Notes: a model not told the origin generated them from the sequence alone. DNA of 64,000 bases from Eledone cirrhosa (GCA_964016885.1 OZ024740.1:136090001-136154000); one strand, 5' to 3'; shown: positions 41,154 through 55,771, counted from the stretch's first letter. Program-made: numbers and translations.

Positions 41154-41465
41154 GAGTGTTGAAGTTTGCTTGAAGCATTGTGGAATAATTAAATGGGTCG
41201 TTTTGGAAGCCTCAACAATGCAGATGGGTAAATCTCCGGGTAACAGAATCAGGTGGTAATTAGAGAGAGATGTAAGAGGAATGTAGAATGAGACTTATAG
41301 GGTGTAGAGGAACGTAGGAAAGAGCGTAAAAATAAAAACACGAGATAGAGTTACCTTGGAAGTGATTTAATTGTCCCTATATTTTGGATTTCGCCTCCAT
41401 TAACTGGGGGTTTTCCGAGGGGAAAAGTTTTTAGTCGGAGAGGGACAACACGTGGCCTCTATATG

Positions 41466-41521
<56 letters not shown>

Positions 41522-41573
41522 TATATATATATATATATATATATACTTATATATGTATATTATATATATATAC

Positions 41574-41636
<63 letters not shown>

Positions 41637-41684
41637 TATATATATATATATATATATATACTTATATATGTATATTATATATAC

Positions 41685-41740
<56 letters not shown>

Positions 41741-41760
41741 TTATATATGTATATTATATA

Positions 41761-41802
<42 letters not shown>

Positions 41803-41803
41803 G

Positions 41804-41947
<144 letters not shown>

Positions 41948-42416
41948 AAAATCGTGTTTGCTTCAATCAACCTACTAACCCTTAGCAAACACCCTAAATC
42001 AAACGCCAATCTATACCCATGATTCCTGCCAAACCAAACTGTACTCACCATCCAAATTCGGCAGATCAAACGCAAACCACCCATCCTCCCAAACTCGACT
42101 TACGGAACCGGACTACAATAGCCACCTAATGGGGAAGACAGACGTTATCAAGCTGTTGCTATCATATTACGTAGTTTCTATATAATAAATCCAAAGCTAT
42201 TATTATCTGCAGCAACTACGGCCCCATTACCTAATAGGACGTGCTCATCTCCTCCCGTTGTCTCTCGACTTTAAACCCTCAAACTATATATACATATACA
42301 CATATTGCTGATAGCGTGGAGTTTTATGGCAAAGTCATCCATACACCGGTACGACAGAAGAGCTCTCTTGCAATAGATTGAGCATTGTTTCCCTTAATCT
42401 TTTATCTACGGATATC

Positions 42417-42496
<80 letters not shown>

Positions 42497-42749
42497 TATA
42501 TTATATTATATTACATTATATTATATTATATTATATTATATTATATATATATATCATATATATTTGTGTGGGGGGGGGGGGTAAGATCCCGATGTCCACT
42601 GTCAAAAAAGGTACTCAATACGTTAGTAGAGTATAAGTATATCCATTAACTTATAGAAATAACATCCAGAGGACTAGAACTGTTTCGTTCGTAAAAAATT
42701 ATCATCATCTCTTACAAATGAAACTGTTCTAGTCCTGTAGAAATTATTT

Positions 42750-43251
42750 CTATAATAAAATGTATATATATATAGAGAGAGAGAGAGATTAAGAAAGAAG
42801 GAACGAAGAGAAACAGTACACCCATTAAGTAGTTGGTTTTATTACTTTGGTTTCTTGTGTAAAGAAAAGGGACACTTCATTCGAGCTCTGCAAATTTAAT
42901 CTGTAAACGAGGCGGTAAAAATATATAAGCATGTAATTCTAACTAGTTGCCATCGTCTAAATTTCACTCATAAGGTCTTGTTTCTTAGAGACCGAATCAT
43001 TTTTTTACACGACGAATTTATATACACGCATGTAAGTTTTTTTCCCTGTATATGTATGTATTTATCTCGGTAATTGCGAGCCAGTGTCTGTGTTTGTGTC
43101 AGTGAGATGACTGTAAATTTATGTTTATTACTCGATGTGTATGTAAAGAACTTCATTTAAAATATTGCTGGCGGGTAAGTTTTTTAAGTTGCACAAAAGC
43201 AAACTTTCTCTACATACTCGTAACCTGGGCAACGCCTGATACCACTGCTAG
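42750..43251 (+). mobile_element. Non-autonomous Helitron-like element (related 3' end at about 28880-28930)
   Basis: 3' cctgggcaacgcctga...CTAG|T at 43248-43252. The 5' TCTATAATAAAA boundary is tentative. Confidence 0.5.
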
Positions 43252-43553
43252 TATATAAGTATGTATGTATGTACACACATAGATACATATATACATACAT
43301 ACACACACACACACACATACATACATACATACATACATACATACATACATACATACATACATACATACATACATACGTACGTACATACATACATACATGC
43401 ATACATACATACATACATACATACATACATACATACATACATACATACATACATACATACATACATACGTACGTACATACATACATACATGCATACATAC
43501 ATACATACATACATACATACATACATACATACATACATACATACATACATACA

Positions 43554-43893
43554 TGTCAGAAAAATACAGGAGAAGGAGGACATCTACAGACCATTGATGG
43601 GGAGTTTACAAATCCAGTATCCAAGATACACCTTTAGCTTCATACCCATCATTATTGGAGCTACGGGTTATATACCAACCCGCTTGGACCAAAGTATGAC
43701 TGAACTTGGATTTGCGGACAAAAAGCGCAGCTCCCTAATTCATAGTCTACAAATGGCTGCGATAGCTGGCACCTTCAAAATTTGCAAAACATTCTTGCGA
43801 TTCAAGGGATGACAATTTCTTTTCTTTTACAACCTTGCCACCAGGAAGGTGGCCGGTCAAAAAAAATATACTCGAAATTAAGAGAAAGAGATA
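43554..43893 (+). mobile_element. Short 5'-truncated copy of the R4/Dong-clade element in (CATA)n
   Basis: Nearly identical to about 49709-50047; (CATA)n upstream and acatacatacata downstream. Confidence 0.9.
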
Positions 43894-43905
43894 ACATACA
43901 TACAT

Positions 43906-44250
43906 AGTCTAAGAAGTTCCTATGCGTGAATTTGATTATAGCGGACGTTGCTTGCACAGAATCACGCCCATTTTTCAAACAAAGCCAACAGGAAAAGACG
44001 ATGGCCCAACATAGATTGGGACAACAAGCAACTGATTCAACTTCAAATGTTCTACCAGACTTTCCCTCTCCTAGTAAACTTTTGGAAAGCGGTTGACTCT
44101 TATGAGTTCCTCCACCCTTTGACGGGTTTTGTTTTTCCTCCCTCGGGATGTCCAAAAACTCACCCTCCTCACTAAATTATTTTGATGGGGTTGCCAGTTT
44201 AGTCGCCGACAACCCAACCCTGTGACAGGTTTTACTGCATTAGTCATGAG
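43906..44250 (-). mobile_element. Second bipartite RTE-type element sharing the 5' block but with a different 3' end and a (TATG)n tail
   Basis: Minus strand ggcgactaaactggcaacccc...aaaacaaaacccgtcaaaggg...aagagtcaa as in 1693-1875, then unrelated sequence ending cttagac(tatg)n. Confidence 0.6.
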
Positions 44251-44953
44251 CACTATTCTTTCTCCTCTTACTAAACCATAAAAAAAATAAATGTGACAGT
44301 TTTAACTAAATTGAGAACCATCCGATTCGAATCCAATGGTTTACCCAATCTTCCAAGAAGAGGCACTAATTTTCAATAGTCTTCTCCTCTAAAGTACGTA
44401 AGGTACTATGTAGAAATACACAACTCAAGCTGAGAGTTGTTATTTTTCAACTATAATCAATCACAATTCAAACATGACACATTTTTATTTTATAGAATAT
44501 CTAGAACCACATTATCCAAAGTACCCTTTCCATTGTTTAAGAAAATGGAGCATTATTTGTTTGCTATTTATAGTTGTTGCCCTCGTTTGCTCGTTACTGA
44601 GACTAGAGCTACTTATCCAAGAGAGAATTGTCTTTCAACGTCTTTTGAAAACTGAGATAGTTACCAGTACAACTTGCCAACTACAGAGGACACCTCACAA
44701 ACGGCTAGTGGCGTTTCTAAGAGTATTTGTTGTCAGATTTTGCTTAAACTTGGTTCAATTAACAGTAATTCGACAAACCGAATATCCCATACTCACTCAT
44801 CTCAACCGATACTATGTATGTATGTACGTACACACATACATACATGCATACATACATACATACATACATACATACATACATACATACATACATACATACA
44901 TACATACATACATACATACATACATACATACATACATACATACATACATACAT

Positions 44954-45558
44954 GGTGGCTGCCAACTCGTTTTTGAGTACGGCCACTACTTTATATCCAT
45001 GTAGGAGAACTACCGATGCGCTGAACGAGTGTGACTTTTTAGTCCAGCCAGCGACTTGAAAACTCTGGTACTAACACTACACCTGTGACAATTATTGACA
45101 CATAGTGCTGGGCCCATGATACCATGTGACGACAAGTGCAGAGAGATCTACAGATATAAAGCAATGCCTGTGCCATGAAGCTTTTATAGTGAGCAAAGGC
45201 ACTGCACAAAGCCAGTCCCACTCTCTTAACCAAGATGATATTTACCAAAAAGAAGAACAAGTCAACATCATTGGATACCATCAGAGTTGCAGGTGTTATA
45301 TCAGAGTTTTCCTTCTCATAGAATTCTGCCTTGACAAAGGCTAAGGGGTCATCTCTCCCGGTGATTTTGGATGGCTATTGACGCTTAAGAGCTCCTTTGC
45401 CCTTTGACAGGTTTTGTTTTTAGTCCTGCAGGATGTCCAAAGTCACCCTCCTCACCAAGAAACGTTGGTGGGGTTGCCAGTTTAGTCACCAACGACCCGA
45501 CCATGAGACAGGTTGTACTGGGATACATGTTACCAGTAGCACCAACTGGTGACCTGAC
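44954..45558 (-). mobile_element. Bipartite RTE-derived element, copy 3
   Basis: Reverse complement of 1693-2297, with (CATA)n on both sides. Confidence 0.8.
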
Positions 45559-45632
45559 ATAATACATACATACATACATACATACATACATACATACATA
45601 CATACATACATACATACATACATACATACATA

Positions 45633-48600
45633 AAATGGCGACCGCTGTGGTCAGTGTCCGATAATCGGACGTGTGTAATTACGGCTTACATGAAGGCAAC
45701 ATACCATATATTGGAAAAAGTTGAGCTACATTACGCGGTAAGATTACATACAATAATTCTACATAAGTGTTTGAACTGTAAGTGTGTTGTAAAACACCTA
45801 TTTATATGAACGATACATACACTTATGATATATGAACGATACATACACTTTAACATATAAATGTAACGTTGTTATATTACATTTATAAAGAAATATACAA
45901 GTAACGTTTTCGATTCAGAAACAAAAATATAAGTGTTTGAACTGTGAATATGTTGTGAATAGGTTGTAGAACACCTATTTATATGAATGATACATAAACT
46001 TTAACATATAAATACAGCGTTGTTATATTATATTACATTCATAAAGGAATATACTAAGTAACGGTTCTTTTTGTTCTCGATTCAAACGATTCAAGAACAA
46101 CGTTTAAAACACAGTTGTAGAATTAAAAACTAACTGAAAAGAAATATTACCCAAGCTGTGAATAACTTTAAATTTGATTCTGACAGAACTTTGTCGTAAC
46201 TTTTAAAGAAAATCATCGACTATTTTGAAAAATAAATACGAAATATTAGTGAATAGACGAACTCATCATGGCAAAAAGTACAAGTCTCCTTCGACCAAAT
46301 CGCAATTACAACCGTAGTACACAGTGGAGCTACGAGCTTAACAAAGTATTATATGAAGCATACAAACAGGGCGGTGGATTGGCAGTATCGGTAGAGGGTC
46401 GGCCACCATGCTTTGCAGCACAGTTACGTCCCTTTACGGACTGAGTTCAAAACTCGCCGAGGTTAACTTTGCCTTTCATCCTTAAGGGGTCGATAAAATA
46501 AAGTACCAGTAATACACTGGGATAATTGCTGGCCTTGTGCCAAAAGTAGAAACAATTATATGAAGCATACAAACAATCTGAACCCCAAAAGTTCGGTTTT
46601 ATGCAAAGGCTAAAAACTTTATGGAACTCCAAACACCCAGAATTAGACTTTTCTCCAAAGCATTTAAATGAACAGGCAAAACGTATCATTAGATGTAAAT
46701 TGATACATCTAACGGAATTGAGTGATACTACAAATACAGCCCTTGTAGACAACCACCCCACCTCCACTGACAGACAGAGAGAATGGCCAGCTAAATCTAA
46801 CAATTTTGCTGAAATCCATCCCACTTCCACTGAAGAACAGCGAGAAAGGTCAGCTGACTCTAGTAGTAATTGTCACCACATCAACAACGAGGCTGAAATT
46901 CATGACTCTACTGAACAAACAGAGCACCAAAAACTTGTGGGCTCCCTACAAGTGATATGAAACGATATGTTTCAAGAGATACACAGCCTTAATGTGAGTG
47001 ACAGACCATACAACACTAGAGTCAGTAAAGAACCCACTAAACTGGAATTGGAAGCGGTTAACGAAATAGCTGGCAGTTATCTGAAAGCTATACGATCTAA
47101 AGGTGTAGAAACGACATTTGAAACGCTTAATGTTTTGTTATATGTTTCAGATGTCACATTGCTATCATATAACACACATCTAAAACCACGCAATCAAGAT
47201 ACAAGCAGAAAGCCTGAACCAGCGTGGATGCGAAATTTAAAATCCAAAATTTTGTCCCTGAGACGAAGTATCTCACACATCGCAGTCGTTATGAAATGCA
47301 ACATAGAGAGCAACTTCATACGACACCAGGAAGACCTAAAGAAAAAGTTAGAGAGACGATTTGGAGATACAAAATTTAAAACTTTGAAGTCCAAATTACA
47401 CCAGTTGAAACAACAACTCACAGCTACAACAGAAAGACTAAAATATAAGTCAACAGCACATAAACGACAAGTGCTAAATAGATTGTTTGCCAGAGATCCT
47501 AAATCAGTTTATCGCAGCTTCGGTGGCAAAAGCTCAATCTCTGTAAATGACACCCCTTCAAAAGAACAGGTTGAGAGCTACTGGAGATCTGTATGGGAAA
47601 CGGATGACGGATTCAACAGACAAGCTAATTGGCTAAAAGAACTGGAACAGGACTACTGCCAACGTGTCCAGACAAAACAATATGACATAGATGGGTCAAT
47701 ACTGGAAACAGCTCTACAGAAAATGTCGAATAGGAAATCGCCAGGCCCAGACCTCATTACAGGATACTGGTTGAAGAATTTCACTTTCTATCGGCAAGAT
47801 CTCATACGGCTGTTTACAGAAACCATTAAGGGCACACAAGAACTGCCCAGATGGTTATCAACTGCCTCTACTCTCCTCATTCCCCAAAATAACCAAACCA
47901 CCCTTGCTAAAAATTACCGCCCAATTGCCTGCCAAAACATCATGTATAAATTATATACTGGGTGCCTTAACCTGTTCTTACAGGATCACTGTGCTACCAA
48001 CAACATCATAACACCTGAGCAAGCTGGTGGAAAGAGGGAGGTGTGGGGTTGCATAGATCACCTACTAACTAACAAAATGATTCAGGAAAAAACAACAAAG
48101 AATCGCAGAAACATGACTGTCGTGTGGCTGGACTATCAAAAAGCATTTGATAGTGTACCTCATGGGTGGATTGTTAAGGCTTTACAGTTAGCTAAAGTCC
48201 CACAACCATTGGTAGCTGCTGTTGAACGCCTGACCAAGAACTGGTACACCAGTTTGATCCTTAGAGGTGAGAAGGAGCAGGTTAAGACTGATAAGATACA
48301 TTACCAGAAGGGCATCTTTCAGGGTGATAGCTTGTCAGTGCTACTCTTCGTTCTCTCACTGAATCCACTATCTTACCTACTCAGGAAACAAGGTGGACAA
48401 AGAAGTGGGCCCAGAAGTATCTCCCATCTTTTCTTTGTTGATGACCTGAAGTTGTATGGGCCAAATATCAATGACATCAAGAAACAATTGGACCTCATTA
48501 CACAATTTTCAACCGACATCAAAATGAAATTTGGTGAGTCCAAGTGTGCATATTTGGCAGTAAAACGTGGAAGAGCTGTGCCCTCCTCTAGAAATCTAGA

Positions 48601-50047
48601 GATGAACGGCCTGACAATACAACCTCTGCAGTCAGGTGACAACTACAGATATCTTGGACAGGATGAGAATGTCAGATATGATGGACCCATAAATAAGGAG
48701 AGAACCAGAACTGAATACCTCAGAAGAGTAAAGAAAATATGGTCATCAGAACTGTAAGCATACAACAAATACATTGCCCACAATACTTATGCTGTGCCAA
48801 TGCTAACGCCAACATTTGGCCTACTGAACTGGTCATTGCAAGAACTAAGTGAGATGGATGTTAGAACTCGCAAACTTCTCAGTGTTACTGGGAACTTTAA
48901 CATCAATGGTGATGTGGATAGGCTATACTTCTCACACAAGAAAGGTGGCCGGGGTCTAAAATCAATATTAACAACATATGAGACCCGGATAGTAACACTG
49001 AAGCAACACCTTCAACAGAAGAAAAAGGTTGACAACCATCTTGCCTAGGTTTATGAGCATGAAAAAAGAAATATCATTAGAATAGCCACTGATCTGGAGG
49101 AGAGATATGGAATAAAGCCTGATATAAATCTCTCACCCAGAGAAATCGGAAGATCCTATTCAGTGTTCAAACAAGATAAAAAAATTGACCAATTTACAGA
49201 AAAAGTTGTGCATGGATACTTGAGGCGTAAAACACAGACCATAGAGGCGATAAACCACTCAAAAAGCCTGGCATGGAGTTCCGACAAGTTTATGACATCA
49301 CACCTTGAGGGATATCTCTATGCAATACAGGAACAAGAACTCCCTACCAAATATCTGCTGCACAAAAGAGGAGGGCCAGCAGCTGACAATAAATGTAGGC
49401 TATGTAAAACAAAGATCGAGGATGTAAGCCACATTGTTGCCAGCTGCGAAAGAATGTCATCTCGCTACTACCTCCCCATGAGACACGATGGGATAGCTAG
49501 AACCATCTGGAACGCACTTCGGAAAACAAAATTAACAACAAACGAGGAAGAATATATTGAGACAGATGGCACTAAGGAATACTGGTGGAACCTGAAAATA
49601 AAAACTGCCACCAAATTAAAGCACAAACGGCCTGATATTGTAGTTTGGGACCACACATTGAAAACGTGTTCTGTTGTGGAGATCAGCTGCCCACTTGATG
49701 TAAACGTTGTCAGAAAAATACAGGAGAAGGAGGACATCTACGGACCATTGATGAGGAGTTTACAAATCCAGTATCCAAGATACACCTTTAGCTTCATACC
49801 CATCATTATTGGTGCTACGGGTTATATACCAACCCGCTTGGACCAAAGTATGACTGAACTTGGATTTGCGGACAAAAAGCGCAGCTCCCTAATTCATAGT
49901 CTACAAATGGCTGCGATAGCTGGCACCTTCAAAATTTGCAAAACATTCTTGCGATTCAAGGGATGACAATTTCTTTTCTTTTACAACCTTGCCACCAGGA
50001 AGGTGGCCGGTCAAAAAAATATACTCGAAATTAAGAGAAAGAGAAAA
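45633..50047 (+). mobile_element. Near full-length R4/Dong-clade non-LTR retrotransposon (RT + CCHC + REL endonuclease), inactivated
   Basis: One reading frame 46268-49966 after removing the SINE. N-terminus QWSYELN...GFMQRLKTLW...HP; RT motifs KSPGPD, YRPIAC, LDYQKAFDSVPH, GIFQGDSLS, FFVDDL; CRLC...HIVASC; RH; RPDIVVWD...VEISCP. Stops at 46958, 48755 and 49046. Flanked by CATA repeats. Confidence 0.9.
46369..46554 (+). mobile_element. SINE family A inserted in the R4 ORF, 21-bp TSD
   Basis: attatatgaagcatacaaaca at 46348-46368 and 46555-46575. Confidence 0.95.
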
Positions 50048-50057
50048 CATACATACA

Positions 50058-51360
50058 AATAAGGAGAGAACCAGAACTGAATACCTCAGAAGAGTAAAGA
50101 AAATATGGTCATCAGAACTGTCAGCGTACAACAAATACATTCCCCACAATACATATGCTGTGCCAATTCTAACGCCAACATTTGTCCTGCTGAACTGGTC
50201 ATTGCAAGAACTAAGTGAGATGGATGTTAGAACTCGCAAACTTCTCAGTGTTACTGAGAAATTTAACATCAATGGTGATGTGGATAGGCTATACTTCTCA
50301 CGCAAGGAAGGTGGCCGGGGTCTAAATCCATATTAACATCATATGAGACCCGGATAGTAACACTGAAGCAACATCTTCAACAGAGGAAAAAGGTTGGCAA
50401 CCATCTTGCTCAGGTTTATGAGCATGAAAAAAAATATATCATTAGAATAGCCACTGATCTGGAGGAGAGATATGGAATAAAGCCTGATATAAATCTCTCA
50501 CCCAGAGAAATCGGAAGATCCTATTCAATGTTCAAACAAGATGAAAAAATTGACCAATTTACAGAAAAAGTTGTGCATGGATACTTGAGACGTAAAACAC
50601 AGCCTGGCATGGAGTTCCGACAAGTTTATGACATCACACCTTGAGGGATATCTCTATGCAATACAGGAACAAGAACTCCCTACCAAATATCTGCTGCACA
50701 AAAGGGGAGGGCCATCAGCTGACAATAAATGTAGGCTATGTAAAACAAAGATCGAGGATGTAAGCCACATTGTTGCCAGCTGCGAAAGAATGTCATCTCG
50801 CTACTACCTCCCCATGAGACACGATGGGATAGCTAGAACTATCAGGAACGCACTTCGGAAAACAAAATTAACAACAAACGAGGAAGAATATATTGAGACA
50901 GATGGCACTAAGGAATACTGGTGGAACCGGAAAATAAAAACTGCCACCAAATTAAAGCACAACCGGCCTGATATTGAAAACGTGTTCTGTTGTGGAGATC
51001 AGCTGCCCACTTGAGGTAAACGTTGTCAGAAAAATACAGGAGGAGGACATCTGCGGACCATTGATGAGGAGTTTACAAATCCAGTATCCAAGATACACCT
51101 TTAGCTTCATACCCATCATTATTGGAGCTACGGGTTATATACCAACCCGCTTGGACCAAAGTATGACTGAACTTGGATTTGCGGACAAAGAGCGCAGCTC
51201 CCTAATTCATAGTCTACAAATGGCTGCGATAGCTGGCACCTTCAAAATTTGCAAAACATTCTTGCGATTCAAGGGATGACAATTTCTTTTCTTTTACAAC
51301 CTTGCCACCAGGAAGGTGGCCGGTCAAAAAAATATACTCGAAATTAAGAGAAAGAGATAA
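50058..51360 (+). mobile_element. Tandem 5'-truncated copy of the R4/Dong-clade element
   Basis: Duplicates about 48692-50047 with small deletions. Separated from copy 1 by catacataca and followed by atacatacata. Confidence 0.9.
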
Positions 51361-51800
51361 GATACATACATAAAGATCTACGTGTTTCTTAATTCCCTAA
51401 ATCGTTAATTAATTAATTAATCTAAAAATAATGACATTTCTTTTACCGATAGATATGTCAGGAATGTTATATGTTGGAGTATGAATGATTCCATTACCTA
51501 TAACGGACTGACATACATGCATCATAAGTACAAAACAGGATGTTGAATATGCAATTAGAAATGATAAGAGCACGTTCCTCTTAAGTAGAGTAGATATTGT
51601 TACTTAATAGGAAAAACTTCCTGGTAAGGGTTATGTTTATTTAAAGGAAGTAAACTGAAAATGAAGGAAGGAACGAAACATAGCGAAACTAGCTTCACCA
51701 ATGAAGAGAGAGTTACTTGTCCATATGTGTTAGGGAGAAAATAAAATAATATGCATATCATTCAAATATTTTAAATGTACACACATACACATATTCTCAT

Positions 51801-51901
<101 letters not shown>

Positions 51902-52023
51902 AGAATATGTGTATATGTGTACATAAATACATACTTATATATATATATATATATATATATGTATAACAGAGGTAAACTTCGTTCCATCATTATGTTTTTC
52001 TGTATTTTTCTGTTCAAATTCTA

Positions 52024-52235
52024 GCTGTCTGGTGAAGTCATAGCAGTTGCATAATGGTTAGCACCGAAATATATATAACAACGAATATGAATAAACGAAC
52101 TTAATTTTAACCTGTTGACTTACACATCTTGTTTTTAAATTACTCCGGAGTAAACAGACCCACCTGCGTACTTTGGTGAGTGCTCTACCCGGCATACTGA
52201 AATGTCGGTAATTAACCGACACATACTCAAATTTA
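52024..52235 (+). mobile_element. Family K single copy with hammerhead remnant
   Basis: gctgt-CTGGTGA(52029-52035)...CC-GAAA(52066-52069)-TATATATA-acaac. The 3' part matches the reverse complement of 36553-36650. Confidence 0.6.
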
Positions 52236-52238
52236 TAT

Positions 52239-52296
<58 letters not shown>

Positions 52297-52500
52297 TGGA
52301 AAATGTGTGAGATCCTTGGTCCAGTTAGGTATATTTGAAAAAAAGGAAAAGAAATTTCTTGGAGAATTTCGTCGGGTGCGAGTTTGACAATCGCCACCGA
52401 CGAAAGTTCTCCAAGAAAGTTAACCAGGAATCTTTAAAATTCTTCCCACCGAAGTTAACAAAGAACTTACTAGATCTACCAACTCATAATATATTATAAT

Positions 52501-52685
52501 TGTTTCTACTTTTTGGCACAAGGCCAGCACTTATCCCAGTACATTACTGGTACTTTATTTTATCGACCCCGTAAGGATGAAAGGCAAAGTTAACCTCGAC
52601 GGGAATTGAACTCAGATCGTAAAGGGACGTAACTATGCTGGAAAGCATAATCCAACTCTCTACCGATACTGCCAATTCACCGCCC
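52501..52685 (-). mobile_element. SINE family A with 15-bp TSD, inside a family-H remnant
   Basis: ataatatattataat at 52486-52500 and 52686-52700. Confidence 0.9.
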
Positions 52686-52819
52686 ATAATATATTATAAT
52701 ATTATAAAATTAAATCAAATTATTTAGAACTACAAGTGAAGTCATTCTTTTCCTTTTTTTCATATATATATATATATGGTCCGGTGACTCCTAGTGGAGT
52801 CGTAGAGGCGCCGTAGTGA

Positions 52820-53070
52820 TATACGGTGTTTTTTAAAGCCTGGCGAAACCCATCTCCTCTCCATGTCTGAACACACCAGATTTCTTCCAGAGAATGAGAG
52901 AAAGTGAGAGAGAAGTGAGAAAGAGATATAGAGGAAGAATCGACCTCAGAATTTGGCCGGTACACTTGTTATCGGCCTCGCCGAAATTTAAACTCAGAGA
53001 GCAAATAGCCGGAACGAATACAGGAAAGCATTCTATCCGATGTTCTAACGACTCTGTCAATTTACCGCCT
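52820..53070 (-). mobile_element. SINE with a family-A-like head and a different tail (related tail at about 40530-40740 +)
   Basis: Minus strand aggcggtaaattgacagagtcgttagaacatcgg head; tail tcgattcttcctct...aagaaatc...gatggg...aaaaacac shared with 40600-40735. Confidence 0.55.
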
Positions 53071-53083
53071 TATATATACATAC

Positions 53084-53136
<53 letters not shown>

Positions 53137-53260
53137 CATATATATACATATATATAAATATATATATGCATATGTATATATCTATATATATATGTGTATA
53201 TATATATATATGTATATATGTATATATATGTATATATATGTATATATATGTATATATATG

Positions 53261-53338
<78 letters not shown>

Positions 53339-54216
53339 CATCTATTGCAAAATAATGTTGAAGACTTCTTTCTAATTGCAATCTCTGTGTTCTTCGTGAG
53401 AACTTTGTCGAGTGTTTTGGAGACTTTTCAGAATATAATAGCCATCTACTTGTTTCTACTCAGCTCTGTATTAGTTGATTTTTTTTCTATTTAACCCCAG
53501 TTCAGCCATAAGCAAGTATCATGAGTTTTTTGTTTGTTTGTTTTTTCTTCTTCTTCTTCTTCTTCTTCTTCTTCTTCTTCTTCTTCTTCTTCTTCTTCTT
53601 CTTCTATTCTAGACACAGTATAGTTAAGATTACATTATACAATATATCTTTCAATTTTTTTAGACACTAAGGAGTGATTCGGCTGCTACTTCTTCCGTGT
53701 TGAAAGATCACATAGAGGTTTTCCGTATTAATTTGTTGTTAAATACACGATATTCTAAAATACACCACTTCGGGTTGTAATCATTTGGAAATAATTTGGA
53801 TAAGTAGAATAATCTACATTACTCCAAAAACATGAGAGAGGTGTTATGATATATTTTGTGTGACCAAAAGGTAAACTTTAGTGCTTCTATAAATATAAAT
53901 TAAGATGAAAGTTATACCTTCATTTTAGTGTTGTTAAAAGTAGAAGCTGTGGTTAAAACCCGTGTTTTGCTGTGTGAAGAAAAACAGGATATCAACCAGA
54001 CAAGTTTCAACATTTTTACCTCTTCATCAAAGGTCGTCTATTCATTTTTCCAACTACTGAGAGAATAGTAGCTTGTATTTATAGTATATATAAACTCGGA
54101 TAGAACTTAATTAGCTTGCCCTAATTTGCATAACATCGCAATCAATTATATCGTGTATTAAATTAGGTAATTAATAGAAACATTATAAAGCGTTTTTTAT
54201 AGATAGATATAATAAT

Positions 54217-54403
54217 TCTTTCTACTTTTGGCACAAGGCCAGCAATTATCCCAGTGCATTACTGGTACTTTATTTTATCGACCCCGTAAGGATGAAAGGC
54301 AAAGTTAACCTCGGCGGGATTTGAACTCAGAATGACAAGAGCCGTAACTCTATACGTCAAAGCATGGCGTCCGACCCTCTACCGATACTGCCAAACACCG
54401 CCC
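54217..54403 (-). mobile_element. SINE family A (further decayed copies at about 54500-54620, 54950-55120, 57556-57750)
   Basis: Reverse complement of the full consensus. Confidence 0.85.
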
Positions 54404-55416
54404 TGGCGGGGTAGATAGATATATAATGTTTCCCATAAATGTGTCACATATGGTCTGAAAACGAGTGACGCACATTTGATAAAATGGAGTATTAAATAGA
54501 ATCGATTGTGGTATTTATTCGTTTTCTTAGTGCTGTGAGTTCAAATCCCACCGAGGTCAACTTGTCTTTCATCCTTTCGGTGTCGATAAATAAAATACCA
54601 GTTACGTACTGAGGTAGATCTCTACCTTTCTTTCTTTTTTTCTTTTCTTTTTTTTTTGTTGTCGTTGTGAACGTATTACGTCGCTCGGTTTAACACCACT
54701 ACGTGTCCTTGGTCCTTAGTGCAGTCTGATATGTTACAGGCATTCAGACCAGATACCTTCTTCTCACACACCAATTTTAGAGGCCTTGAAAAGGGTAATA
54801 GGAACTGCCCTTTCCTCCGTGACTAAACGGTAAAACAAAAAGTGCTATGTTGCGATGTGAGAAAGTTTGTATGGGACCGCCCACAACGTCTCTTTTTTCT
54901 TGACGGGGAGAAGTGTTAAGCGAGGGTAAACTATCTTCCTCTCATAGAACTAAATGCTTTGAAGCGTTTAGTTACGGTTCTAAGTTCAAATCCCGCTAAA
55001 GTCAACTTTGCCTTTCATCCTTCCGGAGTCAATAAAGTAAAGTACCAATTAAGTAATGGGTTGGTTTAATCAACTTTGCTCTTCCCCCAAAATTTGTCAG
55101 CCTTGTACCTAAATAAGAAAATGATATCTATCGATTTGTTTGTCTGTAAGTGTGCTGCAACTAAGTAGTACGCTCCTGGTAAGTTGAGCCTGTGTGAAGG
55201 TTCGATACACTGCTGAGATATCATTCTACCTCACTTACTTTCTTTTCCCGCGATTTCCAGTCATTATCATTATCCTGGAAACTGGCTAAGGTTCTGCCAA
55301 GCTGACATTACATGCTACATAAAGACGAAACCCTCGATAGTGATCCAACTTTATATTAACGGTTACAGAACGTTTTCTTTTCGATTAAGTCTCTCTATGT
55401 TTCTCTCTCTCTGTCA

Positions 55417-55473
<57 letters not shown>

Positions 55474-55474
55474 A

Positions 55475-55514
<40 letters not shown>

Positions 55515-55519
55515 CTCTT

Positions 55520-55600
<81 letters not shown>

Positions 55601-55771
55601 TTATCTTCCTCTAGTAATCACAGTCCTCTCTTTCTCCCTTTCCCTATCTCTCTCTCCCTTGCAATCACACCCCTCCACACTCTCTCTTCCACTTACCTCT
55701 TCTCTCCCCACATCCTCCCTTTTTCTCTTCTTTGCTTTCTCATTTAAAACAAAAACATAAAAGAAGCTTAC

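Noticed and set aside
50058-51360. Tandem R4 copy as an assembly duplication or LTR
   Set aside because: It has its own substitutions and deletions, lacks copy 1's stop codons and is separated by target-like CATA repeats, so it is an independent truncated insertion.
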